From IMG/VR virus record IMGVR_UViG_3300011438_000005, positions 1-47,403 of that record: DNA of 47,403 nt, one strand, 5' to 3'. Source of the stretch: a virus. The translations under genes were made by a program, and so were the position numbers. The notes below the pieces were generated by a model, which was not told where the DNA came from, searched no databases, and saw only the letters and a list, made by a program, of their open reading frames with translations. Positions 13,254 to 21,519 of the stretch are shown piece after piece. Position 1 is the stretch's first letter. Every line of letters starts with the position of its first letter.

Positions 13254-14899
13254 AGGCCGGGCTCGCCGCGACCGCTTCGCCGGCGTCCCCGGCCCCGCTC
13301 GAGGAGCGCGCCCCCTTCGATCCCCAGGAGCTCCTCGACCTCGCGGCCGCGCTCTCCGTGCCCCTCGAGGAGCTCGAGGAGGAGCTCGCCGCCCTCCCGC
13401 CGGACTCGGGCACCGAGGAGGCCGCGGCCCAGCTCCTCGCCACCTGGATCGACGACCCCGCGGCCTTCGTCCTCGAGCTCTTCGCGCCGGCGCCCACCGA
13501 GGCGAGCCCCGACGGGATCGATCGCTGGCAGCATCGGGTCCTCGAGGGCGTGGTCGCCGCGCAGCGGGTGGCGCTCAAGGCCTGCAAGGGCCCGGGAAAG
13601 ACCTGCGTCCTCGCCTGGGTGATCTGGTGGTTCCTGTGCACGAGGCCCCACGCGAACGTGATCGCCATGTCAATCACGCGGGAGAACCTCCGGGACAACC
13701 TCTGGAAGGAGCTCGCGAAGTGGTACGCGAAGAGCCCTTACCTGCAACGGGTCTTCTCCTTCACGGCGGAGCGCATCGCCGCCCGCGAGGCGCCGCTCAC
13801 CTGGTGGTGCTCCGCCCGCGGCTGGGCGAAGGACGCCGACCCCGAGCAGCAGGCGAACACCCTCGCCGGCCTCCATGGGGAACACGTCCTCATCGTTTGC
13901 GACGAGGTGTCCGACTTCCCGGATGGCGTTGTGGCGGCCGCCGAGGGCATCTTCCAGACCGAGGGCCAGGAGGCGAAGCTCCTGGTGAGCGGCAACCCGA
14001 CCCGCCAGGACGGGCCGCTCTATCGAATCTGCACCCAGGACCGCCGGGTGTGGAGCGAGCCGAAGGGCCTGGTCGTCGAGATCACCGGCGACCCCGACGA
14101 CCCGAACCGCTCGCCGCGGATCTCGCTCGAGGCCTCGAGGGAGGCGATCCGCCAGCACGGCCGGGACAACCCCTGGGTGATGACGAACATCCTCGGGCTC
14201 TTCCCGAGGGTCGCCTTCGACAAGCTGCTCGGCCCGAACGAGGTCTTGCGCGCCGTGAACCGGGAGATCCTGCGCGCGCACTACGTCCACGAGCCGAAGG
14301 TCATGGGGCTCGACGTCGCGTGGGAAGGCGAGGATCAGAGCGTCCTCATCATGCGCCAGGGCTCGGTGGTCTTCCTTCCGAAGAGCTGGCGCAACCTCGA
14401 GGACTGGGAGCTCGCCGACCAGGTCGCCTTCCTCGTGATGAAGCACCGGCCCGACCGGGTGTACGTCGACGGCATCGGGATCGGCCGCGGCGTGATCTCG
14501 CACCTCCGGCTCCGGGTGGGCGGCCGCTGCAAGGTGATCGACGTGCAGGCCGGCGCCTCGCCGACCGACGCTCGGTACCTCAACCTGCGCACGGAAATGT
14601 GGGCTGCGATGGCGGCCGCCGTGAAGCGCCGCCTTCGCCTCCCCGACCACGCGCAGCTCCGCGCCGACCTGTGCGGGCCGAAGATCGGCATGAACGACGG
14701 CGGCGGGAAGACCTACAAGGTCGCGCTCGAGACGAAGCCGAAGATGAAGAAGCGCGGCCTCCCGAGCCCCGACTTCGGCGACGCGCTCGCCATGACCTTC
14801 GCCATGCCCGACCCCCTCACCAGGCGCGGCGAGCCCGTCCCCGAGGAGCTCGAGGGCGTGGGGACCACCTACACCCAGACGTTCAACCCGCTGGCCTGA
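13250..14899 (+). CDS. terL: Terminase large subunit (549 aa)
   Basis: Complete track ORF with a GTGA overlap with terS. It has a Walker A-like ACKGPGKT and a Walker B-like VLIVCDEVSD. Size and position are typical. Confidence 0.85.
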   Translation: MKAGLAATASPASPAPLEERAPFDPQELLDLAAALSVPLEELEEELAALPPDSGTEEAAAQLLATWIDDPAAFVLELFAPAPTEASPDGIDRWQHRVLEGVVAAQRVALKACKGPGKTCVLAWVIWWFLCTRPHANVIAMSITRENLRDNLWKELAKWYAKSPYLQRVFSFTAERIAAREAPLTWWCSARGWAKDADPEQQANTLAGLHGEHVLIVCDEVSDFPDGVVAAAEGIFQTEGQEAKLLVSGNPTRQDGPLYRICTQDRRVWSEPKGLVVEITGDPDDPNRSPRISLEASREAIRQHGRDNPWVMTNILGLFPRVAFDKLLGPNEVLRAVNREILRAHYVHEPKVMGLDVAWEGEDQSVLIMRQGSVVFLPKSWRNLEDWELADQVAFLVMKHRPDRVYVDGIGIGRGVISHLRLRVGGRCKVIDVQAGASPTDARYLNLRTEMWAAMAAAVKRRLRLPDHAQLRADLCGPKIGMNDGGGKTYKVALETKPKMKKRGLPSPDFGDALAMTFAMPDPLTRRGEPVPEELEGVGTTYTQTFNPLA

Positions 14900-14915
14900 A
14901 GAGGAGAAGCGAGCG

Positions 14916-15122
14916 ATGGGCAAAGCACCGAAGGTCCCCGCGGCCCCGCTTCCGCCCCCTCCTCCGCCGGACGTCTTCGACGCTGCGGTGCGCTCCGCGC
15001 GCGCGGCCGAGTTCTCCGCCCAGTCGCGCGCGAAGGGCCGCAAGCGGAGCGTCCTCACCTCGGCCGCCGGCGACCAGGCGGCCATCCCCACGGTCGGCGG
15101 GAAGACCCTGCTCGGCCAGTGA
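14916..15122 (+). CDS. Hypothetical small Pro-rich protein (68 aa)
   Basis: Complete track ORF with a GAGGAGAAG RBS. Confidence 0.65.
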   Translation: MGKAPKVPAAPLPPPPPPDVFDAAVRSARAAEFSAQSRAKGRKRSVLTSAAGDQAAIPTVGGKTLLGQ

Positions 15123-15137
15123 AAAGGAGCGCGACCG

Positions 15138-15368
15138 ATGGAAGCGAAGGGCAAGGTGGTGGCGGTGCGGAAGGGCTGGGGTGGCATGTACCCCTCCATG
15201 CCGATGGAGGAGGGCGGGAAGCCGGAGCTCGAGATCGAGCTCGACGGCGGTGGCCGGATGACGCTGCCCGTCTCCCAGGCTGAAGCGAAGGAGTACCCCT
15301 TCGGCTCGAAGTGCACCGTGAAGCTCGAGCTCGCCGGCGAGCCCCCCAGCGACGGCGCGGATGACTGA
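15138..15368 (+). CDS. Hypothetical small protein (76 aa)
   Basis: Complete track ORF with an AAGGAG RBS. Confidence 0.65.
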   Translation: MEAKGKVVAVRKGWGGMYPSMPMEEGGKPELEIELDGGGRMTLPVSQAEAKEYPFGSKCTVKLELAGEPPSDGADD

Positions 15369-17199
15369 CATGCCCTCCTACGAGAGCGGATCGACGACCG
15401 AGAAGAAGGGACGCGCACGGCCGAAGGTGAGCGACCGGCAGCGCTACCTGAAGCGCTGGTCCGCCCTCAAGAGCTCGAGGGGCACCTGGGAGGCCCACTG
15501 GCGGGATATTACCGACCACACCTCGCCGCGGCGGTACCGCCGCGAGCTCACCGACGTGAACCGGGGCACGAAGAAGAACGACAAGATGCTGGACCCCATC
15601 GGGCTGATCTCCCAGCGCACCCTCGCCTCCGGCATGATGGCAGGGATCACCTCGCCCTCGAGGCCGTGGATGCGCCTCGGGGTTCCGGTGCCCCAGCTCG
15701 CCGAGCTCGAGAGCGTGAAGGCCTGGGCCTGGGAAGTCACCGAGCGCATGCTCGCGCAGCTCCGCCGGACCAACTTCTACGTCGCCACCGCCTCGAGCGT
15801 GTACGTCGACCTCTCCGGGCCGGCCACCCACCTGTCCATCGTCCTGCGCGACAAGGAGACCTGCCTCCGCTTCTACCCCCGCCAGCTCGGGTCCTACTGG
15901 CTCGCGAGCTCCTCGAAGGGGAAGATCGACACCGTGTACGAGGACCTCCAGCTCACCGTCGCCCAGGTGATCGAGGAGTTCGGCGAGGACCAGGTCTCGT
16001 ACCGGGTTCGCAACCTCTGGGAGACGGACAAGCTCGACGTCCTCGTGACCATCCTGCACGCCGTCGAGCCGAACCCCGACTACGACCCCGAGAAGGCCGA
16101 CCGCCGGGGCATGCGCTGGCGCTCGTGCTGGATGGAGTGCGAGAACGCCGAGGACCGCAACGTCGGCTTTCTGCGCGAGAGCGGGCACCGGCGGTTCCCG
16201 GCCCTCGTGCCGCGCTGGGCAGTCGACGGGCAAGACGTCTACGGCTCGCGCTCCCCGGGCATGGACTCCCTGCCCACCCTGAAGAGCCTTCAGAAGCTCG
16301 AGTACCGGCACGCCCTCCTCACGGCCCTCGCCGCCGAGCCGCCCGTCACGGCGCCGGCGAGCATGAAGGAGTCGGGCGAGGAGGTGCACCTCGTCCCCCG
16401 TGGCGTGACCTACGTCGCCGACTCGCCCGGGCCGGGCCGCGTCGAGGTGAAGGCCGCGATCGACCTCCAGGCGAACGCCCACGCCCTCGAGCGCGTCGAG
16501 GCCGCGATCGAGAAGCGGCAGAGGAGCATCCGGGAGTTCTTCCTCGTCGACTTCTGGCTCGCGATGCTGAACGACGACCGGGCCACGCCGGCGACGGCCG
16601 AGGAGGTCCGGGCGAAGAAGGAGGAGCGCATGCTCCAGCTCGGGCCGGTGCTCGAGCAGATCCAGACCGAGTACCTCGAGCCGCTCATCGACCTCCTCTT
16701 CGAAGCCATGATGGAGGACGGGCTCCTGCCGCCCCCTCCGCGCGAGGTCGTCGAGTGGATGCAGGAGCGCGGCCTCGAGGTGCTCGCCTTCGACGTCGAG
16801 TACGTCTCGATCGCCGCGGCCGCCCAGAAGGCGCTCGGCATCACGAACGTCAAGGCCTTCCTCGAGATCGTGGGCCTCGCCGCCGGCGCCGACGCGCAGG
16901 CGGTGGACAACGTCGACGTCGACGTCCTGGTCGACGAGGCGGCCCGGGTGCTCGGGATCAACCCGAAGATCGTGCGGGCCATGCCCGTCGTTGACCAGCT
17001 TCGCGCGGCTCGGTCGCGCCAGCAGCAGGCCGCCGAGGTGGGCGACGCCGCCGTGAAGGCCGCCGGCGCCGCGAAGAACCTCGGCACCACCCCCGCCCCC
17101 TCCGCCGACAACGCGCTCGGCGCGCTCGGGCCGGCCCTCCAGGCGCTCGGCCCCGGGGGCTCCACCCTCCTGCCCTACCCGACGAACGTGGCTCCATGA
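15361..17199 (+). CDS. Portal protein, T7-type head-to-tail connector (612 aa)
   Basis: Complete track ORF (alternative ATG at 15370). The N-terminal block RYLKRWSALKSSRGTWEAHWRDITDHTSPRR ... LASGMMAGITSPSRPWMRL resembles the podovirus head-to-tail connecting protein family. Size and position downstream of terL fit. Confidence 0.8.
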   Translation: MTDMPSYESGSTTEKKGRARPKVSDRQRYLKRWSALKSSRGTWEAHWRDITDHTSPRRYRRELTDVNRGTKKNDKMLDPIGLISQRTLASGMMAGITSPSRPWMRLGVPVPQLAELESVKAWAWEVTERMLAQLRRTNFYVATASSVYVDLSGPATHLSIVLRDKETCLRFYPRQLGSYWLASSSKGKIDTVYEDLQLTVAQVIEEFGEDQVSYRVRNLWETDKLDVLVTILHAVEPNPDYDPEKADRRGMRWRSCWMECENAEDRNVGFLRESGHRRFPALVPRWAVDGQDVYGSRSPGMDSLPTLKSLQKLEYRHALLTALAAEPPVTAPASMKESGEEVHLVPRGVTYVADSPGPGRVEVKAAIDLQANAHALERVEAAIEKRQRSIREFFLVDFWLAMLNDDRATPATAEEVRAKKEERMLQLGPVLEQIQTEYLEPLIDLLFEAMMEDGLLPPPPREVVEWMQERGLEVLAFDVEYVSIAAAAQKALGITNVKAFLEIVGLAAGADAQAVDNVDVDVLVDEAARVLGINPKIVRAMPVVDQLRAARSRQQQAAEVGDAAVKAAGAAKNLGTTPAPSADNALGALGPALQALGPGGSTLLPYPTNVAP

Positions 17200-17462
17200 A
17201 CGCTCGCGAGCTCCACGAACGACGCATCCGGGCCCGCCGGCCCCTCTACGCTCAGGCGATCGCCGAGCTAACCCTCGCCTACGCGGCCGGCGAGAACCCG
17301 AGGACGTGCTGGGTGAAGGCGCTTGCGCCCCTCGACCGCACCGAGCGCTCGAGCGTCCGCGCCGCGTTCCTGAAGGAGCTCGAGCGCGCGAAGGTCGGCC
17401 AGGCTCGCGTCGAGCAGCTCCGGGCCTCCCTGCCGCATGAGCTCCCCGAGGTGTACGAGTGA
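17196..17462 (+). CDS. Hypothetical protein (88 aa)
   Basis: Complete track ORF with an ATGA overlap with the portal stop. Confidence 0.65.
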   Translation: MNARELHERRIRARRPLYAQAIAELTLAYAAGENPRTCWVKALAPLDRTERSSVRAAFLKELERAKVGQARVEQLRASLPHELPEVYE

Positions 17463-17812
17463 GCCGCCGAGGACTCGCGCGCGCCACGGTGGCGGACCTC
17501 GAGGCGGAGCGCCAGGCGACGCGCGAGGGAGACCTGCGCTGGTGCCTCGAGGACTCCCGCGGCCGCCGGCTCCTGCGAGAGCTGCTCTACAACCCCGAGC
17601 TCGGCCTCGGCCTCGACACGATCCCGCTCACGCCGAACGGCTCGCTCATGTTCGCTGAGATGGGGAAGCGCGCCGCGGCGAAGAAGATCGACGACCGGAT
17701 CCGCAAGGACTTTCACGACCTTTGGCTCGAGATGCACCGCGAGGCCCACGAGGCGAAGGAAGAGCACACCAACCTCCGCGAGACGGCGGAGAGCACCGAA
17801 ACGGGAGAGTGA
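17459..17812 (+). CDS. Hypothetical protein, possibly Bbp19-like (117 aa)
   Basis: Complete track ORF with a GTGA overlap. From memory, the block WCLEDSRGRRLLRELLY ... MFAEMGKRAAAKKI resembles the small Bbp19-type proteins found near portal genes of BPP-1-like phages. This is tentative. Confidence 0.55.
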   Translation: MSRRGLARATVADLEAERQATREGDLRWCLEDSRGRRLLRELLYNPELGLGLDTIPLTPNGSLMFAEMGKRAAAKKIDDRIRKDFHDLWLEMHREAHEAKEEHTNLRETAESTETGE

Positions 17813-17816
17813 CCCA

Positions 17817-18689
17817 ATGAGGATCTTCGGAGACCCGAGGTTCGCACAGGCGCCCGCCGACGCGGACAACACGGGCAGCGGCGACACCACCGACACCGAC
17901 GAGGTCGACCCGGCAGCAGCGGGCGACGACGCCGGCGAGAAGGACGCCGAAGGCAAGAGCGCGAAGGGCGCCGACGACCAGGCCGGGAAGGGCAAGAAGC
18001 CCGCCGCGGCGGCCGCCGGCGAGAAGGGCGCCAAGGACAAGGGTCAGCCCAAGGGGAAGAGCACCCTCCTCGGGAAGACCGGCACCGCGAAGGCGGGCGA
18101 CGCCGCCGGCGCGGGCAAGGACGACGGGGAGGGCAAGGGCGGAGGCGAGAGCGACCTCGACGCCTGGAAGCCGACGATCCCCGACGGCACCGAGCTCGAC
18201 GAGGAGCTCCTCGGAGAAGCGAAGACCTGGGGCAAGCAGCACGGCCTCAAGGGCGAGCAGCTCCAAGGAGTCGTCGACCTGGGCCTCAAGATGCAGCAGC
18301 GGGCGGCCCAGGCCCTCATCGAGGCGCACGAGGCGTACGTGCAGGACCTCACCAGCAAGGTCAAGGCCGACAAGGAGATCGGCGGCGGGAAGCTCGAGAA
18401 GACGATCGAGTCGGCACTCGGGGCGCTCAAGCGCTTCGCGGGTGCGGACTACGAGACCGTCCGCTCCGAGCTCGACCGCACCGGCCTGGGGAGCCATCCC
18501 GCCGTGATCAGGTTCCTCGCCAAGATCGCGAAGGCGACGGCCGAGGACGACACGCTCGAGCGCACCAGTGGCGGCAAGGAGGGGGCGAAGCCCGCGAACC
18601 CCATGTCCCGTTTCACGGCCAAGATGTACCCCAAGATGAACAAGGAGCTCGCACGGGAGAGGGGCGAAGACGTCGACGACGACGCCTGA
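17817..18689 (+). CDS. Putative scaffolding protein (290 aa)
   Basis: Complete track ORF lying between the portal and capsid genes. The N-terminal half is low-complexity G/A/K/D and the C-terminal half is helical. Confidence 0.6.
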   Translation: MRIFGDPRFAQAPADADNTGSGDTTDTDEVDPAAAGDDAGEKDAEGKSAKGADDQAGKGKKPAAAAAGEKGAKDKGQPKGKSTLLGKTGTAKAGDAAGAGKDDGEGKGGGESDLDAWKPTIPDGTELDEELLGEAKTWGKQHGLKGEQLQGVVDLGLKMQQRAAQALIEAHEAYVQDLTSKVKADKEIGGGKLEKTIESALGALKRFAGADYETVRSELDRTGLGSHPAVIRFLAKIAKATAEDDTLERTSGGKEGAKPANPMSRFTAKMYPKMNKELARERGEDVDDDA

Positions 18690-18729
18690 CCCTCGCGCCC
18701 TGGCGGGACTCCGGAAGGAGTAAATCCAC

Positions 18730-19719
18730 ATGGCAACGATCGGCACGGACCTTCCGAACATGTCCGACCTGATGAAGGGGCTCGACCCCGACGGCGCAGT
18801 CGCAACCGTCGTGGAGGCCCTCACGAAGCGGAACCCCGTCCTCGAGGACATGGTCGTCAAGGAGGGGAACCTCACCACGGGGCACCGCGTCACCACGCGC
18901 GTCGGCCTCCCCTCGGTCGGGTGGCGCCGCTACAACGAAGGCGTCGCGATCTCCAAGGGCAAGAAGGGGCAGTATGACGAGGCGTGCGGCCAGCTCGAGG
19001 GCATGAGCGCGGTTGACGTGAAGCTCGCCCGCCTCGGCGGCAACGAGGCCGCGTTCCGCGCCTCGGAGGACATGGCGTTCGTGCAGAGCATGAACAACGA
19101 GCTCTCCACGGGCGTCTTCTACCACTCGACGAAGACCGCCCCGGAGAAGTTCATGGGGCTCTCTCCGCGCCTCGACTCGACCACCGGGCCGTGGGGCGGC
19201 CAGATCGTCTTCTCCACCGCGGGGGCGAACGGCAACGACAACGCCTCCCTGTGGCTCGTGTGCTGGGGTCCCGAATCGGTGTACGGAATCTATCCCAAGG
19301 GCACCCAGGGCGGGCTCGTCCCCGACGACCTCGGGAAGCAGCTCTGGGACGACGGCTCCGGCAAGAAGTACCGCGCCTGGGTCACCCACTGGAGCTGGGA
19401 CTTCGGCCTGGTGGTGCAGGACGCCCGCCAGCTCGTCCGGATCGGGAACATCGACCTCGGCCAGATCGCGGCGAACACCGACGAGCTCGTCGACGCGGCC
19501 ATTTCGGCCTATTACCGCATCTTCGACCCGCAGATCGGCCGGCTGGTGTTCTACACCAACCGTACGGTCGCGACCTACCTGCACAAGCAGGCGAAGAACG
19601 CGACGAAGAACAGCACGCTCTCGATCGAGACGGTCGCGGGCCGGCCCATCACCTCTCTCCTCGGCATCCCGATCCACGTGACCGACGCCCTGGGGAGCAC
19701 GGAGGCCGTCCTCTCGTAA
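18730..19719 (+). CDS. Major capsid protein (329 aa)
   Basis: Complete track ORF with a GGAAGGAG RBS. Size and position after the scaffold fit, and the composition is typical of HK97-fold capsid proteins of BPP-1-like podoviruses. The call rests on position and resemblance, not on a search. Confidence 0.75.
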   Translation: MATIGTDLPNMSDLMKGLDPDGAVATVVEALTKRNPVLEDMVVKEGNLTTGHRVTTRVGLPSVGWRRYNEGVAISKGKKGQYDEACGQLEGMSAVDVKLARLGGNEAAFRASEDMAFVQSMNNELSTGVFYHSTKTAPEKFMGLSPRLDSTTGPWGGQIVFSTAGANGNDNASLWLVCWGPESVYGIYPKGTQGGLVPDDLGKQLWDDGSGKKYRAWVTHWSWDFGLVVQDARQLVRIGNIDLGQIAANTDELVDAAISAYYRIFDPQIGRLVFYTNRTVATYLHKQAKNATKNSTLSIETVAGRPITSLLGIPIHVTDALGSTEAVLS

Positions 19720-19761
19720 CCCGAGGCGGACCACCAAACCCTCGCAAAAAGGAGAGAGACC

Positions 19762-20226
19762 ATGTTGATGGACAAGCAGCAGATCCTCGCCGACGCGCAG
19801 ACGCTCATCCACGCGGCCGGCTCCTGGAACAGCGACAACATCATCGACCTGTGGGGCGGGGTCTCCCTGCCTTCCGGGCCGCTCGGCACCCCGCCGTACG
19901 ACTTCGGCAAGGGTGGCTCGATGCGGATCCTGGCGCAGATCGTCGAGACCTTCCTGGCGGCGGCCGGTGCGGCCACCCTTCAGATCGCGCTCGTGAACGC
20001 CGACGACGCGCCCCTCACCGTCAACCCGATCACCCTCGCCAAGACGGAGGCGATCACCAAGGTCGACCTCGTCGCCGGCTACCAGTTCACGGAGCTCGGG
20101 TTCGTTCCCGCGAAGTGCGTGCGGCGGTACCTCGGCGCGATCCTGACCATCGCCACCAACCCGGGCACCGCGGGCAAGCTGACGCTCGCGCTGCTCTTCG
20201 ATCGCCAGGAGGTCGGCCTCGTCTGA
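19762..20226 (+). CDS. Putative capsid decoration/cement protein (Bbp16-like, 154 aa)
   Basis: Complete track ORF with an AAGGAGAGAG RBS, directly after the capsid gene. The pattern TLQIALVNADDAPL ... RRYLGAILTIATNPGTAGKLTLALL recalls BPP-1 cement proteins. This is tentative. Confidence 0.55.
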   Translation: MLMDKQQILADAQTLIHAAGSWNSDNIIDLWGGVSLPSGPLGTPPYDFGKGGSMRILAQIVETFLAAAGAATLQIALVNADDAPLTVNPITLAKTEAITKVDLVAGYQFTELGFVPAKCVRRYLGAILTIATNPGTAGKLTLALLFDRQEVGLV

Positions 20227-20311
20227 GGCTGACCGAGCTGTAAACCCATGACGAGCGGCGGGGCCGGCCAGGTCGGCGGCTCCGCCCCTCGAGCAGGCCC
20301 CGGAGAAGCGC

Positions 20312-20785
20312 ATGGCCGAGACGAAGATGCTGAAGTACCGGATCCCCAACGACCCCATCGGGAACGCCTACTACCGGGCGGGAACCCGCTACGAGCCTGG
20401 TTCGGTGGTGCGGCTCCCCGAGGGAGAGCTCGCCGCCGGCTGGACCCTCGTGAAGGGCAAGCCCACGCCCACGGCGCGCCACGCCTGGAAGCTCATCGAG
20501 GACGGGAAGCCCGAGGCGAGCGACGCCGCGGCCTCCGAGCTCGAGGGCGCCAGGAAGGCCCGCGAGGAGCTGAAGAAGCAGCTCGAGGAGCAGGAGCGCC
20601 TGCTCGCCGAGCTCGAGGACGCCGCCGGCGAGCAGCAGGCCGCGGCCGGCGCCGCCGAGGCCGAAGCGCCCGAGGAGGAGCTCGAGGAGCTCGAGGCGAC
20701 CGACCCGACCGACGAGGGCCAGGCGGAGGATCCCGAGAAGCCGAAGGGCAAGAAGAAGAAGCGCTCGAAGGACCAGGAGGTCTAA
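20312..20785 (+). CDS. Hypothetical protein with an acidic coiled-coil and a KKKKR tail (157 aa)
   Basis: Complete track ORF with a GGAGAAG RBS. Confidence 0.65.
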   Translation: MAETKMLKYRIPNDPIGNAYYRAGTRYEPGSVVRLPEGELAAGWTLVKGKPTPTARHAWKLIEDGKPEASDAAASELEGARKAREELKKQLEEQERLLAELEDAAGEQQAAAGAAEAEAPEEELEELEATDPTDEGQAEDPEKPKGKKKKRSKDQEV

Positions 20786-20805
20786 GCAGCGGCGGGCATT
20801 GGTGA

Positions 20806-20837
20806 CCCCTCGAGCGTCCGGTGAGGCGCTCGAGGGG
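20806..20837 (+). terminator. Perfect 11-bp GC-rich hairpin (CCCCTCGAGCG-10 nt loop-CGCTCGAGGGG) in an intergenic gap
   Basis: Read directly. It sits between the stop at 20785 and ATG 20858 and has no T-tract. Confidence 0.35.
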
Positions 20838-20857
20838 GCCCGCGCAAGGAGAAGCCG

Positions 20858-21517
20858 ATGGCCGATTCCAACACGACGATCGCGAACATCGCTCTCGGCC
20901 GCGCCGGGGCGACGAAGCGCCTGAACGCGCTCGAGACCGATGGGTCCCCCGAGGCGCTCTTCCTGCGCGACCTCCTGCCCCAGTACCGCGACGAGCTCCT
21001 CGAGGGGTTCGACTGGCCCTTCGCCCGGCGCCGCGCGCTGCTCAACCCGCTCGCCACCGTGACCCGGACGGACTGGTCGTTCGTCTACGCCCCGCCGGCC
21101 GATATGCACGCCGACCGCTTCGTCGTCCTGCCCGGGCTGCGCAACCCCGGCCCGAGCGACGCCGTCGCCTACCGCCTCGAGGCCGGCGACCCACCGGAAG
21201 GGGGCGCCGAAGACGACCCGTACGCCGGCGAGCCCGCCTCGCAGATCATCCTGTGCGACCTCGCGAACGCCGAGCTGCTCTACACCGGCAAGTGCACGAA
21301 CCCGGCCCGCTTCTCCGCTCACTTCACCGCGGCGCTCTCCTGGCAGCTCGCCCTCGACGTCGCGCTCTACCTCACGAAGAAGCAGGACCTCGCCGACCTC
21401 GCCTCGAGGCGGCTCGACCTCGCCCTCGCGAAGGCGCGCGCCTACTCGGCGAACCGCGGCATGCGGGACGCCACCTCGACCCCCGACTTCATGCTCGACT
21501 TCACCCAGCCCACCTGA
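20858..21517 (+). CDS. Putative head-tail adaptor / tail tubular protein A (T7 gp11-like, 219 aa)
   Basis: Complete track ORF. The N-terminus TIANIALGRAGATKRLNALETDGSPEALFLRDLLPQYRDELLEGFDWPFA follows the gp11-type pattern (I/V)N-x-(I/A)L ... W-x-F. It lies directly upstream of the nozzle gene. Confidence 0.6.
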   Translation: MADSNTTIANIALGRAGATKRLNALETDGSPEALFLRDLLPQYRDELLEGFDWPFARRRALLNPLATVTRTDWSFVYAPPADMHADRFVVLPGLRNPGPSDAVAYRLEAGDPPEGGAEDDPYAGEPASQIILCDLANAELLYTGKCTNPARFSAHFTAALSWQLALDVALYLTKKQDLADLASRRLDLALAKARAYSANRGMRDATSTPDFMLDFTQPT

Positions 21518-21519
21518 CC

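Noticed and set aside
13670-17487. Long minus-strand ORFs 13670..15418 (582 aa) and 15055..17487 (810 aa), and the plus-strand alternative frame 13147..15261 (704 aa)
   Set aside because: These are shadow frames of terL and the portal gene. They have Arg/Pro/Gly-rich low-complexity translations and overlap genes with clear terminase and portal signatures.
20821-21519. N-terminal 233-codon extension of the nozzle ORF, and similar long extensions of track ORFs 5520..7421, 3365..4186, 8874..10061, 37942..39183 and 44191..45306
   Set aside because: The extensions overlap the preceding gene in another frame and are Arg/Pro-rich. Internal starts with RBSs and ATGA/GTGA coupling coincide exactly with the stop of the upstream gene.
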